A stretch of DNA of 64,000 nucleotides, from the NCBI GenBank assembly GCA_034669905.1, contig JAXMOL010000002.1, forward strand, positions 189,248 through 253,247, given 5' to 3'. The position numbers and the translations under genes were made by a program. The stretch is from Candidatus Hydrogenedentota bacterium (GTDB taxonomy: Bacteria > Hydrogenedentota > Hydrogenedentia > Hydrogenedentales > JAEUWI01). The notes under the pieces were generated by a model that ran no database searches, was not told the DNA's origin, and was given only the letters and a program-made list of their open reading frames with translations. Below, piece after piece: positions 10,588 to 21,092 of the stretch. The first letter of the stretch is position 1; the number at the start of each line of letters is the position of its first letter.

Positions 10588-11682
10588 TTAGTTCGCGCGG
10601 GCCTTATCCATCAGGTCGGTGAAGCGCTTGAAGAGATAGCGGCTGTCATGGGGGCCGGGCGATGATTCGGGGTGATACTGGACGCTGAATATGGGCTTGG
10701 TCTTGTGGGCCATCCCCGAGCAGGTCTGGTCGTTGAGGTGGGTGTGGGTCACGGTGAGCTGGCTGGCGTCCAAGGATTCGGGATCAACCGCGAAACCGTG
10801 GTTTTGTGCGGTGATTTCCACCTGGCCGCTTTCATGGAACTGGACCGGCTGGTTGCCGCCCCGGTGTCCAAACTTCAGTTTGTAGGTCGAGCCGCCGAGC
10901 GCATGGGCCAGAATCTGGTGGCCCAGGCAAATGCCGAAAAGGGGCTTGCCACTCTCAATCAGCGCTTCCACCGTGGGGTAGATATAGGGCAGGGCCGAGG
11001 GGTCGCCGGGGCCATTGGACAGGAAGACCCCGTCAGGATTGTGGCTGAGCACGTCTTCTGCCGAGGCCGTCGCCGGGAGCACGGTCACCTTGCAGCCTGC
11101 GGAGTCGAGCAGACGCAGGATGTTTTCCTTCATCCCGAAATCGAGGGCCACCACGTTGTACGCACCCGAACCCGAGCCCGCATACTCATAGGCCGCATCG
11201 ATAGTAACCTCTTTCACAAAGTCCGAACCCGCCATATCCGGCGCATCCTGGGCCTTCTTCACGAGGACGGCGTGGTCGCTTTCCACCGTGCTGATGACAC
11301 ACTTGAGGGCACCCTTCACGCGGAGAATCTTCGTAATGGTCCGCGTATCCACCTCGTCGATGGCCACAATGTTGTTGGCCTTGAGGTAATCGGGGAGGCT
11401 CTGGGTCGAGCGCTGATTGCTCGGCTCGAAGCAGCACTCCCGCATGACGAATCCGCGCACGAAGGGCTGGCGGGATTCGATATCGTCTTCGTTGACGCCG
11501 TAATTGCCGATATGGGGGTAGGTCATGGTAACGACCTGGCCGGCGTAGGAGGGGTCGGTCAGGATTTCCTGATAGCCCGTCATGCTGGTATTGAATACCA
11601 GTTCTCCCGTGGCTTCACCTTCCGCACCAACGGCGCGGCCTTCAAATACGGTACCATCTTCCAGGGCTAGCAAGGCTTTCAC
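10588..11682 (-). CDS. carA: Carbamoyl-phosphate synthase small subunit
   Basis: FNTSMTGYQE, SNGPGDP, GICLGHQ, QYHPE; GTG 11682 after GGAG. Confidence 0.97.
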   Translation of the reverse strand: MKALLALEDGTVFEGRAVGAEGEATGELVFNTSMTGYQEILTDPSYAGQVVTMTYPHIGNYGVNEDDIESRQPFVRGFVMRECCFEPSNQRSTQSLPDYLKANNIVAIDEVDTRTITKILRVKGALKCVISTVESDHAVLVKKAQDAPDMAGSDFVKEVTIDAAYEYAGSGSGAYNVVALDFGMKENILRLLDSAGCKVTVLPATASAEDVLSHNPDGVFLSNGPGDPSALPYIYPTVEALIESGKPLFGICLGHQILAHALGGSTYKLKFGHRGGNQPVQFHESGQVEITAQNHGFAVDPESLDASQLTVTHTHLNDQTCSGMAHKTKPIFSVQYHPESSPGPHDSRYLFKRFTDLMDKARAN

Positions 11683-11818
11683 GACAGACTCCACTCGGGG
11701 TTTATTTGCGACAAAAATCGGGCTAGTATAGCAAATATTCGCGGGTGAAATCCCGCTTTACCTGTTTGGGCGGTGGGCCAAACCGGAACAGGGCCCTTCC
11801 CGCCACCCCTTCACGGGG

Positions 11819-12550
11819 TCATGCGCATGACTGGGCGTCGCCCATGAGGACGCCCCATTCGGTCACTTCCCGCACGAGGGGCACCGAGGTGGTCAGGTCC
11901 ATCTGGGCACAATAGGCCACATCCGACGCCATGTCGATGGCCCGCAATTTGGCGGCATGGGGCGCTGCGGCAAAGAGCGCTTCAAAACCGGCATCGTTGA
12001 TACGTTCCCGCCAATCGGCGAATACATCGGCTCCTTCGCCGATTTCACCCCCCGCCTTCATGGCAATGGCCACGGCCGCGCAGCGGTCTTCCTGGGCATC
12101 GAAGTCCGGCTGTCCGGTCAGTCCGGCCGGAATGAGCACGGCGTTTCGCTCCAGATTGGCCGCATACCGGGCCACCGCCGACGCGTTGACCGTGGTCCCC
12201 ATGAGAATGGTGGGTGCGCCCGCCGAAGAGACCAGCCGCCCCGCCCCGGTAGTGGTGGTAAAGATGACGTCCCGGCCGTCGGCGTGATGGGCTTCCTGGG
12301 GACTGTTCCCATAGTGGAAACCTTCGGGCGGAATACCACCCCGCTCCCCATAGAGGAGGGCCTCTGGGTAGGCCTCCCGGGCACGCAGGGCCTCTTCCAC
12401 CTCGCGCACCGCCAGGATGGACCGGGCACCGCAATCAAAGAGCATGGCGGCCGTGGCGCTCGCCCGCAGGGCATCCACCACAATCGCCGTGCACTCATGC
12501 TGCACCGCAAATTCGCACCCCGCCTCCCCTTCAATAATATGCCAACGCAT
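11819..12550 (-). CDS. 2-phosphosulfolactate phosphatase family protein (ComB-like)
   Basis: IVVDALRASAT, GERGG..PEGF.YGNSP, TTTG, ED..AA. Confidence 0.88.
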   Translation of the reverse strand: MRWHIIEGEAGCEFAVQHECTAIVVDALRASATAAMLFDCGARSILAVREVEEALRAREAYPEALLYGERGGIPPEGFHYGNSPQEAHHADGRDVIFTTTTGAGRLVSSAGAPTILMGTTVNASAVARYAANLERNAVLIPAGLTGQPDFDAQEDRCAAVAIAMKAGGEIGEGADVFADWRERINDAGFEALFAAAPHAAKLRAIDMASDVAYCAQMDLTTSVPLVREVTEWGVLMGDAQSCA

Positions 12551-12694
12551 GATAGGTTCTGCTTTCTCTGGTCGCGGTGATTCCACGGGGACTGCACCGA
12601 CGTGATGTTGAGGGTTGGGGTAAGCCTGCGGCGTGGCGTACTCCGCCACGTGGGCAAGCACATTCAGCCTGGACGTCGGGGCTGTCCCCCTCTT

Positions 12695-13159
12695 CTACCG
12701 CGGCACCGTGCCGTCAATCACATAACGCAGGATCTGAACAATCTGTTCGGTCGACGAGGTCACTGCCAGGGCCGCCGCGTCGATTTCTTTCAAGGCATGA
12801 TTCAGCGCGGGGTCGTGATAGGTAATCAGGGGCTTGTCATTTGCCACTGCAAAACCCGCATCAAAGGCCGCATTCCACTGGCGGTACTGATCGCCAAAAC
12901 GTACGATCACCAGATCCGCTTCCTGAATCAGGGTCCGGGTCCGGATGGCATTCAGCTTGGCCGCCTTGTGGTCCTTCCAGAAATCATTGGACTCGGCACC
13001 CAGAATCGCCACGCCACAGTCGTCGCTCGCACCATGGTCCAGGACGGGTGTGTTGTAGTCCACCGGCAGGTCCGCTTCGATGGTGGCGTCCGTCAGTTCT
13101 TTCCGCCAGTTGCTGTGAATTTCACCCGCCAGATAGACGGTCCAGGCTCTCTCTTCCAT
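12695..13159 (-). CDS. YtoQ family protein
   Basis: VYLAGEIHSNWR, RFGDQYRQWNAAFDAG, HALKEID. Confidence 0.88.
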   Translation of the reverse strand: MEERAWTVYLAGEIHSNWRKELTDATIEADLPVDYNTPVLDHGASDDCGVAILGAESNDFWKDHKAAKLNAIRTRTLIQEADLVIVRFGDQYRQWNAAFDAGFAVANDKPLITYHDPALNHALKEIDAAALAVTSSTEQIVQILRYVIDGTVPR

Positions 13160-13355
13160 GGGATTGTTCCTTAATGCACCAGGCGTATCGTACGATGTGC
13201 CTTGGTGCGGGCCATCAGCCCTTTTTGAAAAAATTACAGCTAACCCGGGGCGTTGACCCCAGGCGGATAGGTCATGCACCGTTGGTGCCCGTCTTCCAGC
13301 TGGCTGGACGCAGGCGCGCAGGAGGAGCAAAGGCCCGAATCCCTGCCCCCGTGGC

Positions 13356-14363
13356 TCAGCCCGCGGGGACGGTGGCCTGTTGCGCAAAAATATGGTCCAC
13401 AATGGCCGGGCCGTGTTCGCGGCTGTTTTCCACGAAAACCACGTTGGACTCACAACCCGCGCACAGGGTGCCGGCCACATAAATGCCCGGCACCGTCGTT
13501 TCGTGGTGTTCCGTCAACACGGGCTTCCCGGTGGAATGGTCCACATCGGCCCCCGTGCTCTCCAGCAACGTGGTGTCCGGCTCGTAACCGGTCATGGCCA
13601 ACACAAAATCGTTGGGCACCTCCACCAGCTCGCCCGATTCCGTCCGCACGATCACGTCGTCCATCCGGATTTCTACCACCTCACTATTCCGAAAGGCGCG
13701 AATGGACCCTTCCTTGATGCGGTTTTCAATATCCGGCTCCACCCAGTATTTGGTGTGAAACCGGTCCCCCCGCATCATGATAGTCACATTGGCTCCCTCG
13801 CGATAGAGCTCCAGCGCCACCTCGGCCGCCGACGATCCCGCACCCACAATCATGACATCGTGATCCGCGTAAAAATGCGCTTCCGAATAGCGGTGGGTCA
13901 CCTTGGGCAAATCGCCGCCTGGGACATCCAGAGGCCGGGGGCTGTCATAGAAGCCCGTCGCGAAGACCACGTTCCGCGCCTGCCAGACCAGATCCCGCCC
14001 ATACAGATCACGGGCGGTGACACCAAATACGTCACCCTGCTTCTCAATGGCCACCACCTCGCGGTACGTGACCACTTCGAGTCCAAAGTAGTTGACGAAG
14101 GCGCGACAATAACGAAGATACTCGCGGCGGGTGGGATTCTTCTCGTCGATCAGGAGGGGAAAACCGCCCAGCTCCAACTTGTCGAAGGTGGAAAACCAGC
14201 GCATGTACGTGGGGTGCTTCAGCAACGCGCCGCATACCGGTCCCTTATCGATCGCCACAGCACGCAAGCCCTTGGACTGGGCTTCGTGGAGCGCCACCAG
14301 GGCCGCCGGACCGGCACCCACCACCAGCAGATCGAGGGTTTCATCGATTCCATAATTTTTCAC
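13356..14363 (-). CDS. YpdA-family FAD/NADPH disulfide reductase (putative bacillithiol reductase)
   Basis: GAGPAAL, NPTRREYLRY, ATGFYD, KYWVEPDIENRIKEG, VFVENSREH. Confidence 0.85.
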   Translation of the reverse strand: MKNYGIDETLDLLVVGAGPAALVALHEAQSKGLRAVAIDKGPVCGALLKHPTYMRWFSTFDKLELGGFPLLIDEKNPTRREYLRYCRAFVNYFGLEVVTYREVVAIEKQGDVFGVTARDLYGRDLVWQARNVVFATGFYDSPRPLDVPGGDLPKVTHRYSEAHFYADHDVMIVGAGSSAAEVALELYREGANVTIMMRGDRFHTKYWVEPDIENRIKEGSIRAFRNSEVVEIRMDDVIVRTESGELVEVPNDFVLAMTGYEPDTTLLESTGADVDHSTGKPVLTEHHETTVPGIYVAGTLCAGCESNVVFVENSREHGPAIVDHIFAQQATVPAG

Positions 14364-14558
14364 GGGAACTACCTCCAAAAGGCCATTTTAACATAGGAAG
14401 GAGGCGACGGGCACCGTGGGCACCGGTCCACAGAGAAACGTGCTATACTGAAAGTGCGCGGGCACCCCTACCTTCCCCGGATACCGTCCGGGTCTTCGGC
14501 CCACTTACACGGGCTCGATGCGCATCATCAACCGGTAACGGACCGGTGGAGTATTGCC

Positions 14559-15572
14559 ATGAAGGTTGCCATGATTTCCCCCATCGCCTGGCGCACGCCC
14601 CCGCGACATTACGGCCCCTGGGAACGGGTTGTCTCGCTCCTGACCGAAGGCCTGGTGGCACGCGGCATCGACGTGACCCTCTTTGCCACAGGCGACTCAC
14701 AGACCACCGGAACCCTTTCCAGCGTCTGCCCGCGAGGCTATGAGGAAGACCGCACCGTCAACGCCAAGGTATGGGAATGCCTCCACATCGCCGAGGTATT
14801 CGAGCGGGCCGATGCCTTCGACATTATCCACAACCATTTCGACTTTCTTCCCCTGAGCTATTCGCGCATGACGAAGACACCCCTGGTCAGCACCATCCAC
14901 GGCTTCTCTTCGCCGGAAATTCTCCCCGTCTACAAAAAATACAACGACACCACCCACTATGTGGCCATCAGCGACGCGGACAAATCCCCCGCCCTGAAAT
15001 ACGCGGCCACGGTTCACCATGGCATCGATTTACAGGAGTTTCGCTTCCGCGACGAGTCGGAAGGCTACCTGCTGTTCTTCGGGCGCATTCATCCCCACAA
15101 GGGCACGAAGGAATGTATCGACATCGCCCGTAAGACCGGGAAGAAACTGGTGCTCGCAGGCATCGTGCAAGACACGCGCTATTTCGAGGAGGAGATTCAG
15201 CCCCACCTCGACGAGGACCGCTGTGTCTACATCGGCAGTGTGGGACCGGAAGAGCGGGATGCCGTTTTTGGCGGTGCCCTGGCCCTCCTCCACCCCATCC
15301 ACTTTGATGAACCCTTCGGCCTCTCGGTGGTGGAAGCCATGGCCTGTGGCACACCGGTGCTGGCGATTAACCGGGGCAGCATGCCCGAAGTCATCGATCC
15401 CGGCGTCACCGGGTTTCTCGTGCACGATGCCGCACAAATGGCCGACGCCGTGTCTCATGTGGCCGCGCTGGATCGTGCCGCATGTCGCCGTTGGGTCGAG
15501 GCACGCTTCACTGTCGACCGAATGGCCGCAGATTATGAAGCGGTCTACCGACAGATTATTCAGGAATCGTAA
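14559..15572 (+). CDS. Glycosyltransferase family 4
   Basis: PPRHYGPWE, EPFGLSVVEAMACGTPV. Confidence 0.93.
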   Translation: MKVAMISPIAWRTPPRHYGPWERVVSLLTEGLVARGIDVTLFATGDSQTTGTLSSVCPRGYEEDRTVNAKVWECLHIAEVFERADAFDIIHNHFDFLPLSYSRMTKTPLVSTIHGFSSPEILPVYKKYNDTTHYVAISDADKSPALKYAATVHHGIDLQEFRFRDESEGYLLFFGRIHPHKGTKECIDIARKTGKKLVLAGIVQDTRYFEEEIQPHLDEDRCVYIGSVGPEERDAVFGGALALLHPIHFDEPFGLSVVEAMACGTPVLAINRGSMPEVIDPGVTGFLVHDAAQMADAVSHVAALDRAACRRWVEARFTVDRMAADYEAVYRQIIQES

Positions 15573-15590
15573 ATCGGGACACTGGGCAAA

Positions 15591-17051
15591 TCATCCGCCA
15601 AGCAATGCGGCGAGCAATTCGTCCAGATTCACGTTCGCCACCGACGTGGTACGGTCGCTCATGGCGTAAGGCAAAATGATTTCGTTGCCGTGCCGCAGCG
15701 AACCACAGCTGTAGACCACATTGGGCACATAGCCTTCCCGGTCCTCGCCCTCGGGGCGGAGCAGGGGTTCCCGAAGACGTCCTATCACACGGGTCGGGTC
15801 GTCCAAATCCAGCAGAACCGCACCAATGCAATAGGTCCTCATGGGGCCCACCCCGTGGGTCATCACGAGCCATCCGGCATCCGTCTCGATGGGTGAACCA
15901 CAATTTCCCAACTTCACCGACTCCCAGACTTCCGCAGGGCGGAGCAACATTTCGGGATCACTCCAATAGTGTGGGTTCGGCGACTTCATGATGAGGATGT
16001 TTTCATCGTCCTGCCGCGACAGCATCATGTAATTGCCGTTGATGCGGCGGGGGAAAAGGGCCATGCCCTTGTTTTGGGCGGCCCGGCCATTGAGGGTAAG
16101 CACGCGGAAGTGGAGAAAATCGGCGGTCTCGATAAGCTGGGGCAGAATATCGCGGCCGTTGTACGCCGTGTAGGTCGCATAGTAAACACTCCCCCCATCC
16201 TCCTCGACAAAGCGCACAAACCGGGCGTCCTCGATCCCATTGCTTTCATTGGTGGACACCGGAAAAATAATGCGCTCGCTCAGGGCAAGGGATTCGGGGA
16301 ACTGCAATTCGTAGTTGGAATCGGCCAGCCACTGGATACACTCCAGGGTATGCCGCATGTCGTGGTGCATGGGCAGGTTCTCCCATTGGACATGAGCAAC
16401 ACGGGCGGAGAGTTCCGTGCGGGTGAATGTATCGCTGAGGGGCGCCATCACCGATTCGGCGCAGTCATTGTGAAACCCCATCTCATGCAACTTGAAGATG
16501 AAAATACGTTTCCGGTAGTTGGGATTGGGTAACAACTGCGGCTCTTCCACAAAACGCGAGGACGCAGGAACCTCGATGTCTCCCGTGGGCGTTATAACAC
16601 CCTCCCGAAACTCGATGGAGGAAATGTGCCCCTCGCCGGTCGCACGAAGGCTCATGATGAACCGCAGGGCCCCGTCCGCCACGCCGGACTGGTCGGGATG
16701 GGGAACCAGGGAAGGATTGAAAAGCGCGGCCGATTCAAGGGAGTACTCACCGGAAAAAAGCGCGCCTATGAGCAACGTACGGGCGGTCGAAATGGGTTTC
16801 TGCGTAAAGATATGGGCTTCCACCCGTTGGAAGTTTGCCAGCAGTTTCTCTTCGAGATTTTCATGCCGTTCGTCAAAAGCGCTGCAGACCTGTTTGAGTT
16901 CCCGCTCCACTTCCTCTTCGGTCAGCGCCAGGGTGCGCCCGATTATGGCCGCGATGTGCGCCGTGTTTCCGGGAATAAACGGTCGAACGATTACCCGCGA
17001 TACGTCTGGAAGCAACCGAAAGGATTGTCGCCGAATGGAGATTGCGGTCAT
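15591..17051 (-). CDS. Glycoside hydrolase family 130 protein
   Basis: FNPS, GIEDARF, NKGMALFP, GYVPNVVYSCG. Confidence 0.9.
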   Translation of the reverse strand: MTAISIRRQSFRLLPDVSRVIVRPFIPGNTAHIAAIIGRTLALTEEEVERELKQVCSAFDERHENLEEKLLANFQRVEAHIFTQKPISTARTLLIGALFSGEYSLESAALFNPSLVPHPDQSGVADGALRFIMSLRATGEGHISSIEFREGVITPTGDIEVPASSRFVEEPQLLPNPNYRKRIFIFKLHEMGFHNDCAESVMAPLSDTFTRTELSARVAHVQWENLPMHHDMRHTLECIQWLADSNYELQFPESLALSERIIFPVSTNESNGIEDARFVRFVEEDGGSVYYATYTAYNGRDILPQLIETADFLHFRVLTLNGRAAQNKGMALFPRRINGNYMMLSRQDDENILIMKSPNPHYWSDPEMLLRPAEVWESVKLGNCGSPIETDAGWLVMTHGVGPMRTYCIGAVLLDLDDPTRVIGRLREPLLRPEGEDREGYVPNVVYSCGSLRHGNEIILPYAMSDRTTSVANVNLDELLAALLGG

Positions 17052-19321
17052 ACGCTGGCACGCAGCGGGTGTTCCGCGTAACTCATGTCTGCCAGGGCAA
17101 GATGAAACGCAAGGGTTGATTCGGCACCCTGGTTTTCATTGACCCGATCACAGTGCAGTCCATCCCCACAGCCACCCGTGCCAGGGTCGTAGAGGGGCAG
17201 CCCAAGATCGTTACGCCCCAGAAACCATTCAAAGGCACGACGGGCTTCTTTCGACCAAACCGATTCGCCGGTGGCACGAAAGGCCTCCAGACACGCGGCC
17301 ACCATGGCCTGGGCTTCGACGGGCTGCTGGTCAAAGTCCGCGCGGGCTCCATTCCGGACATAGAATCCATCGCTACCAATAGGCCGGAAATGCTCTGATT
17401 GCGTCGTCTGCAACGAGGTCAGCCACCGCAACGACTTCAGGCCGATTTCGAGGGCTTCCGGTTTGGAGGAGTTGTTGCCGCTCACAATAAGCGCGTGACA
17501 GAGACGGGCGTTGTCGTAGGTGACACTGGGCTCGAACCAGGGCCAGTCTTCCGTCGCACTGTTCTTCCAAAGCGCAATCAGTTTTTCGGTAAGCACGCCA
17601 TAGGCGTCGCGCGCCTGTGCTGAGCCTGGATATTGCCGCAGATATTCATGGACGCCCAACAGCGTGAAGGCCCACGCCCGCGGGGAGGTAAAGGAGAGTA
17701 CGACGTTGAGGGCCTGATCAAAAAGCTGGGCGGATAACTTCCGCCGCCCGTCATCACGGGAGCGGGCCGCGCCGACGCCCAGGGCCCAAAGGGCGCGGCC
17801 ATGACTATCCTCGCTGCCCGCTTCCTCCAGCCATTCTCGTCCATGGCTCATAAAATTCCGAAAACGGCAGGTATCTTCGTTAAATGCCGCCGCAAGAAAA
17901 GCGAGATAACTGGTCGTGAGCACATCCAGATTTCCGGATGGGGTGGTCCCACCGAGCTCCGTCAGATGATTGCACAGTATGAAGGCACGGGCGTTGTCAT
18001 CGACGCAATAGCCGTGGTGAAAGTTGGGCACGTTGAAAATCGCGTGTTGAAAAATACCGGTACCGTCGCTCATGCGCAGAATGTGATCCAGCCGGAGCGG
18101 GGGCAACTCGTAGGGACGACTGGCGAGCGTCCATTCACGAAATGCCGTGCGGGGTATGGCTTTGCGGTCGGCGCACGCGTGGGTCATCGATGCCAGATAG
18201 TTTTTGGCCACGGCCGGCCAGATCATTTCCCGGCCCATTGCGTAGGCCTCGGTGCGGGTCTTTGTCATCTTTTCCGGGTCGCCGAGATACTCGCAGACTG
18301 CGGCCGCAATCGCCCCCGAATCGTTGAAGGGCACAAGAATACCCCGCCCGTCTGCCAACAACTCTTTCGCATGCCAGTAGGGGGTGGAAACGACCGCCTT
18401 ACCCGCGCCAAATACATAAGCCAGGGTTCCCGACGTAATTTGTCCCTCATTGGGGTAGGGGGTCAGGTAGACATCGGTGGCGCATATAAATTCGCTCAGA
18501 TCTTCCAGGGAAACAAATTGGTTGTAAAAAATGACGTGGTCTTTGACCCCCCGCTCCTCCGCCAGCCGTTCGAGACCTAACCGGTAGCGCTCACCCTCGC
18601 TGGCCAGCAAGTGGGGATGGGTTGCACCAAGCACCAGGTAAACCACCTCGGGATGGGCCTCCACAATCGCCGGAAGGGCTTCGATGACATGCTCGATGCC
18701 TTTCCCGGGACCAAGCAGCCCAAAGGTGAGTAGCACCGCACGGCCCTCTACGCCAAACTGCGCCTTCGACAACTCGGAATCCGCAAAGGGGATGTCGGGA
18801 ATGCCGTGGGCAATGATATCGATTTTACTTTCCGAGACCCCATAGGTGTCACGAAGTATCTCCGCACCTTTGTTTGCCATCACCACCAACCGGTCACTGC
18901 GATTCACCAGTTCATCCATCACGGCGTGTTGCACCGCACTGGGCTCACTCAGGATGGTATGGAGGGTCGTGACCACGGGCATGCGGACTTCTTTCAGCAG
19001 GGCCAGCAGATGACTGCCCGCCGGACCGCCGTAGATCCCGAATTCATGTTGCACGCAGAGCAGGTCGGTATTGTGAAAATTCAGGTAGTCTGCCGCCCGC
19101 CGATAGGAATTCAGATCTTTTTCCTCGATCTCGAAACGAACACGGGGGGGATATTCGTACCCTTCCGAGCGGTCGTTGACCGCGCCCGCGAAACACTGGG
19201 CTCCCGGAAACGTTTCGCTCACGGCTTCACAGAGATCGTGGGTGAAGGTAGCAATGCCGCAAAGTCTGGGCAGGTAGTTACCCAGAAACGCGATGTTTTT
19301 GGGAACAGAGGCGTTGCTCAA
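17048..19321 (-). CDS. GT4 glycosyltransferase fused to a six-hairpin glycosidase-like domain
   Basis: PRLCGIATF, QHEFGIYGG, SGTLAY; C-terminal DDNARA, FDQQP, NENQGAEST. Confidence 0.9.
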   Translation of the reverse strand: MSNASVPKNIAFLGNYLPRLCGIATFTHDLCEAVSETFPGAQCFAGAVNDRSEGYEYPPRVRFEIEEKDLNSYRRAADYLNFHNTDLLCVQHEFGIYGGPAGSHLLALLKEVRMPVVTTLHTILSEPSAVQHAVMDELVNRSDRLVVMANKGAEILRDTYGVSESKIDIIAHGIPDIPFADSELSKAQFGVEGRAVLLTFGLLGPGKGIEHVIEALPAIVEAHPEVVYLVLGATHPHLLASEGERYRLGLERLAEERGVKDHVIFYNQFVSLEDLSEFICATDVYLTPYPNEGQITSGTLAYVFGAGKAVVSTPYWHAKELLADGRGILVPFNDSGAIAAAVCEYLGDPEKMTKTRTEAYAMGREMIWPAVAKNYLASMTHACADRKAIPRTAFREWTLASRPYELPPLRLDHILRMSDGTGIFQHAIFNVPNFHHGYCVDDNARAFILCNHLTELGGTTPSGNLDVLTTSYLAFLAAAFNEDTCRFRNFMSHGREWLEEAGSEDSHGRALWALGVGAARSRDDGRRKLSAQLFDQALNVVLSFTSPRAWAFTLLGVHEYLRQYPGSAQARDAYGVLTEKLIALWKNSATEDWPWFEPSVTYDNARLCHALIVSGNNSSKPEALEIGLKSLRWLTSLQTTQSEHFRPIGSDGFYVRNGARADFDQQPVEAQAMVAACLEAFRATGESVWSKEARRAFEWFLGRNDLGLPLYDPGTGGCGDGLHCDRVNENQGAESTLAFHLALADMSYAEHPLRASV

Positions 19322-19536
19322 TAGTTCTCGCTTCGTTTACGTATCCGCGTGCAGAGGGGCCAACTCTTTAGTTGGAATCACGTTTTGATCAGGGAGTTCC
19401 CGTGGCAGGCCTGTAAGCAGACAACCTGCGTGGGCAAAGCACGTGGGCGGACACCCCAAAAAGATGAACCCACCGCATCAAGCTATCGGCAGCCCAATCC
19501 TGGTCCGGGGGGGACTGCGGAAGAAGTTCTGCCACC

Positions 19537-19665
19537 TTATTTTTTGGGCAAGGTAGAGATGGCCGATTCGGCCTGTTTGGCCTTCTTCTTTTTCAGGTCT
19601 TTGGCGTTCTGAACGCTCTTCTGCTTCTTGTCTTTGTTCTTGCTTTTCGGACTCTTGTCACCCAT
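19537..19665 (-). CDS. 42-aa lysine-rich small protein (MGDKSPKSKNKDKKQK...LPKK), absent from the ORF track
   Basis: AAGGGAG RBS before ATG 19665; open frame to TAA 19537. Confidence 0.75.
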   Translation of the reverse strand: MGDKSPKSKNKDKKQKSVQNAKDLKKKKAKQAESAISTLPKK

Positions 19666-20056
19666 GGTAGGACTCCCTTACTATCACATACCTATTGATC
19701 CACCCGACCTCGGAGTGAGATCGCGGCAGCAACAGGGGTATGGCGTGATTCGGTGTGCGCATTCCCGATCGTCGGCATAATGACGATCCGGTGGGGCCCG
19801 TGGTGATGGCCGGAGGATAATCGTCTCAGATGTGAAGAGAAGACGATTGAAGGAAGGCAGAAAGCACAGCAAACGTAGTGGGGCTGTGGGAACTGTCGCT
19901 CAAGCAACCTACGGTCAGTATACGCCTTCGCCCGAGAAAAAGCTATAATCGCATTTTTTGAAGCCAGGGACCGCGGCCCTCCCCTAACGCCGCCATCCCT
20001 GATCACCGCTACGCCCATACGGCAAGCACACCGCCTTATTACAGAAATGGAGTACA

Positions 20057-20686
20057 ATGCGCCACCAGGGAACTATCACAGAATGGAATGACGAACGGGG
20101 CTACGGATTCATCACCCCAGACACGGGCGGGGGACGGATCTTCCTTCACATCAAGGCATTCGCCAGGCATTCAACGCGCCCCGGTGTGGGCGACGTACTG
20201 ACCTACGAAGTGACAAAGGACCCCCGTGGAAGAATCCGTGCTGAGCGCGCCACGGTCCCCGGCACGCCCTATTCCAATGGCAGGCCTGCCCCATGGGGAC
20301 GGCATTGTGGAACGGCATTGGCCCTGGCGGTCATCGCCATCTTGTTGGGCGCCATGTTTCTGGGCAGACTACCCATCTTCGTACCCATCCTCTATGCCGT
20401 GACAAGCCTCCTCGCCTTCGGGGCCTACGGCAAAGATAAATGGGCCGCCCGAACCGGCTGTTGGCGAACTGCGGAGAGCACCCTCCACCTCCTGGGGCTG
20501 TTGGGCGGATGGCCGGGTGCCCTGGCAGCCCAACGGGTATTCCGCCACAAGTCGCGTAAGCCATCCTTTCAGTTGGCGTTCTGGCTGACCGTGCTGCTCA
20601 ACAGTGTGGCCCTCGCCTTATTGTTCTCACCCGAGGCCGACATCCTGCTCCATCGGCACTTCATCGACGCTATGTGGCTGCGCTGA
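20057..20686 (+). CDS. Cold-shock domain + DUF1294 membrane protein
   Basis: WNDERGYGFI, FLHI; DK.AA..WR..E.TLH..GGWPGA..FRHK. Confidence 0.92.
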   Translation: MRHQGTITEWNDERGYGFITPDTGGGRIFLHIKAFARHSTRPGVGDVLTYEVTKDPRGRIRAERATVPGTPYSNGRPAPWGRHCGTALALAVIAILLGAMFLGRLPIFVPILYAVTSLLAFGAYGKDKWAARTGCWRTAESTLHLLGLLGGWPGALAAQRVFRHKSRKPSFQLAFWLTVLLNSVALALLFSPEADILLHRHFIDAMWLR

Positions 20687-21038
20687 GGGGACGAGAGCAG
20701 AAGAATGGTTTTTTCCCAATGGGCCGTGCCCTGGACCGACCGGTTAAATTCTGGTTGATTCCGGATGACTATACACGTGCTCCCGGGGGCAGACGATACT
20801 TTTGTGTTCTTTGCGTTCTTTGTGGTTCCGAAAAAAAGCGTGACCGGCTCATAGTTCAGTCGCCCGCCTCCGTATTGTGTGTGATGTCTCAACGACGCAT
20901 ACGCTCCGCGCGCTTGAACTCCACCCAGCTCGTCCAGACTCGTTTGCCAGCGCTCGCGCGGTACGATCACGTGTTCCTTTTTGAGCGGGGTACTCTAGTT
21001 CATCCGCAACGACGAAAGGGGTGCCGTCCATGAATGAA

Positions 21039-21067
21039 AACGCCCCGGACCCATGGCCCGGGGCGTT
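21039..21067 (-). terminator. Terminator downstream of htpG
   Basis: AACGCCCCGG..CCGGGGCGTT stem with T tract on the minus strand. Confidence 0.7.
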
Positions 21068-21092
21068 GATATCTATTCTGCTTGTGGGGAAA

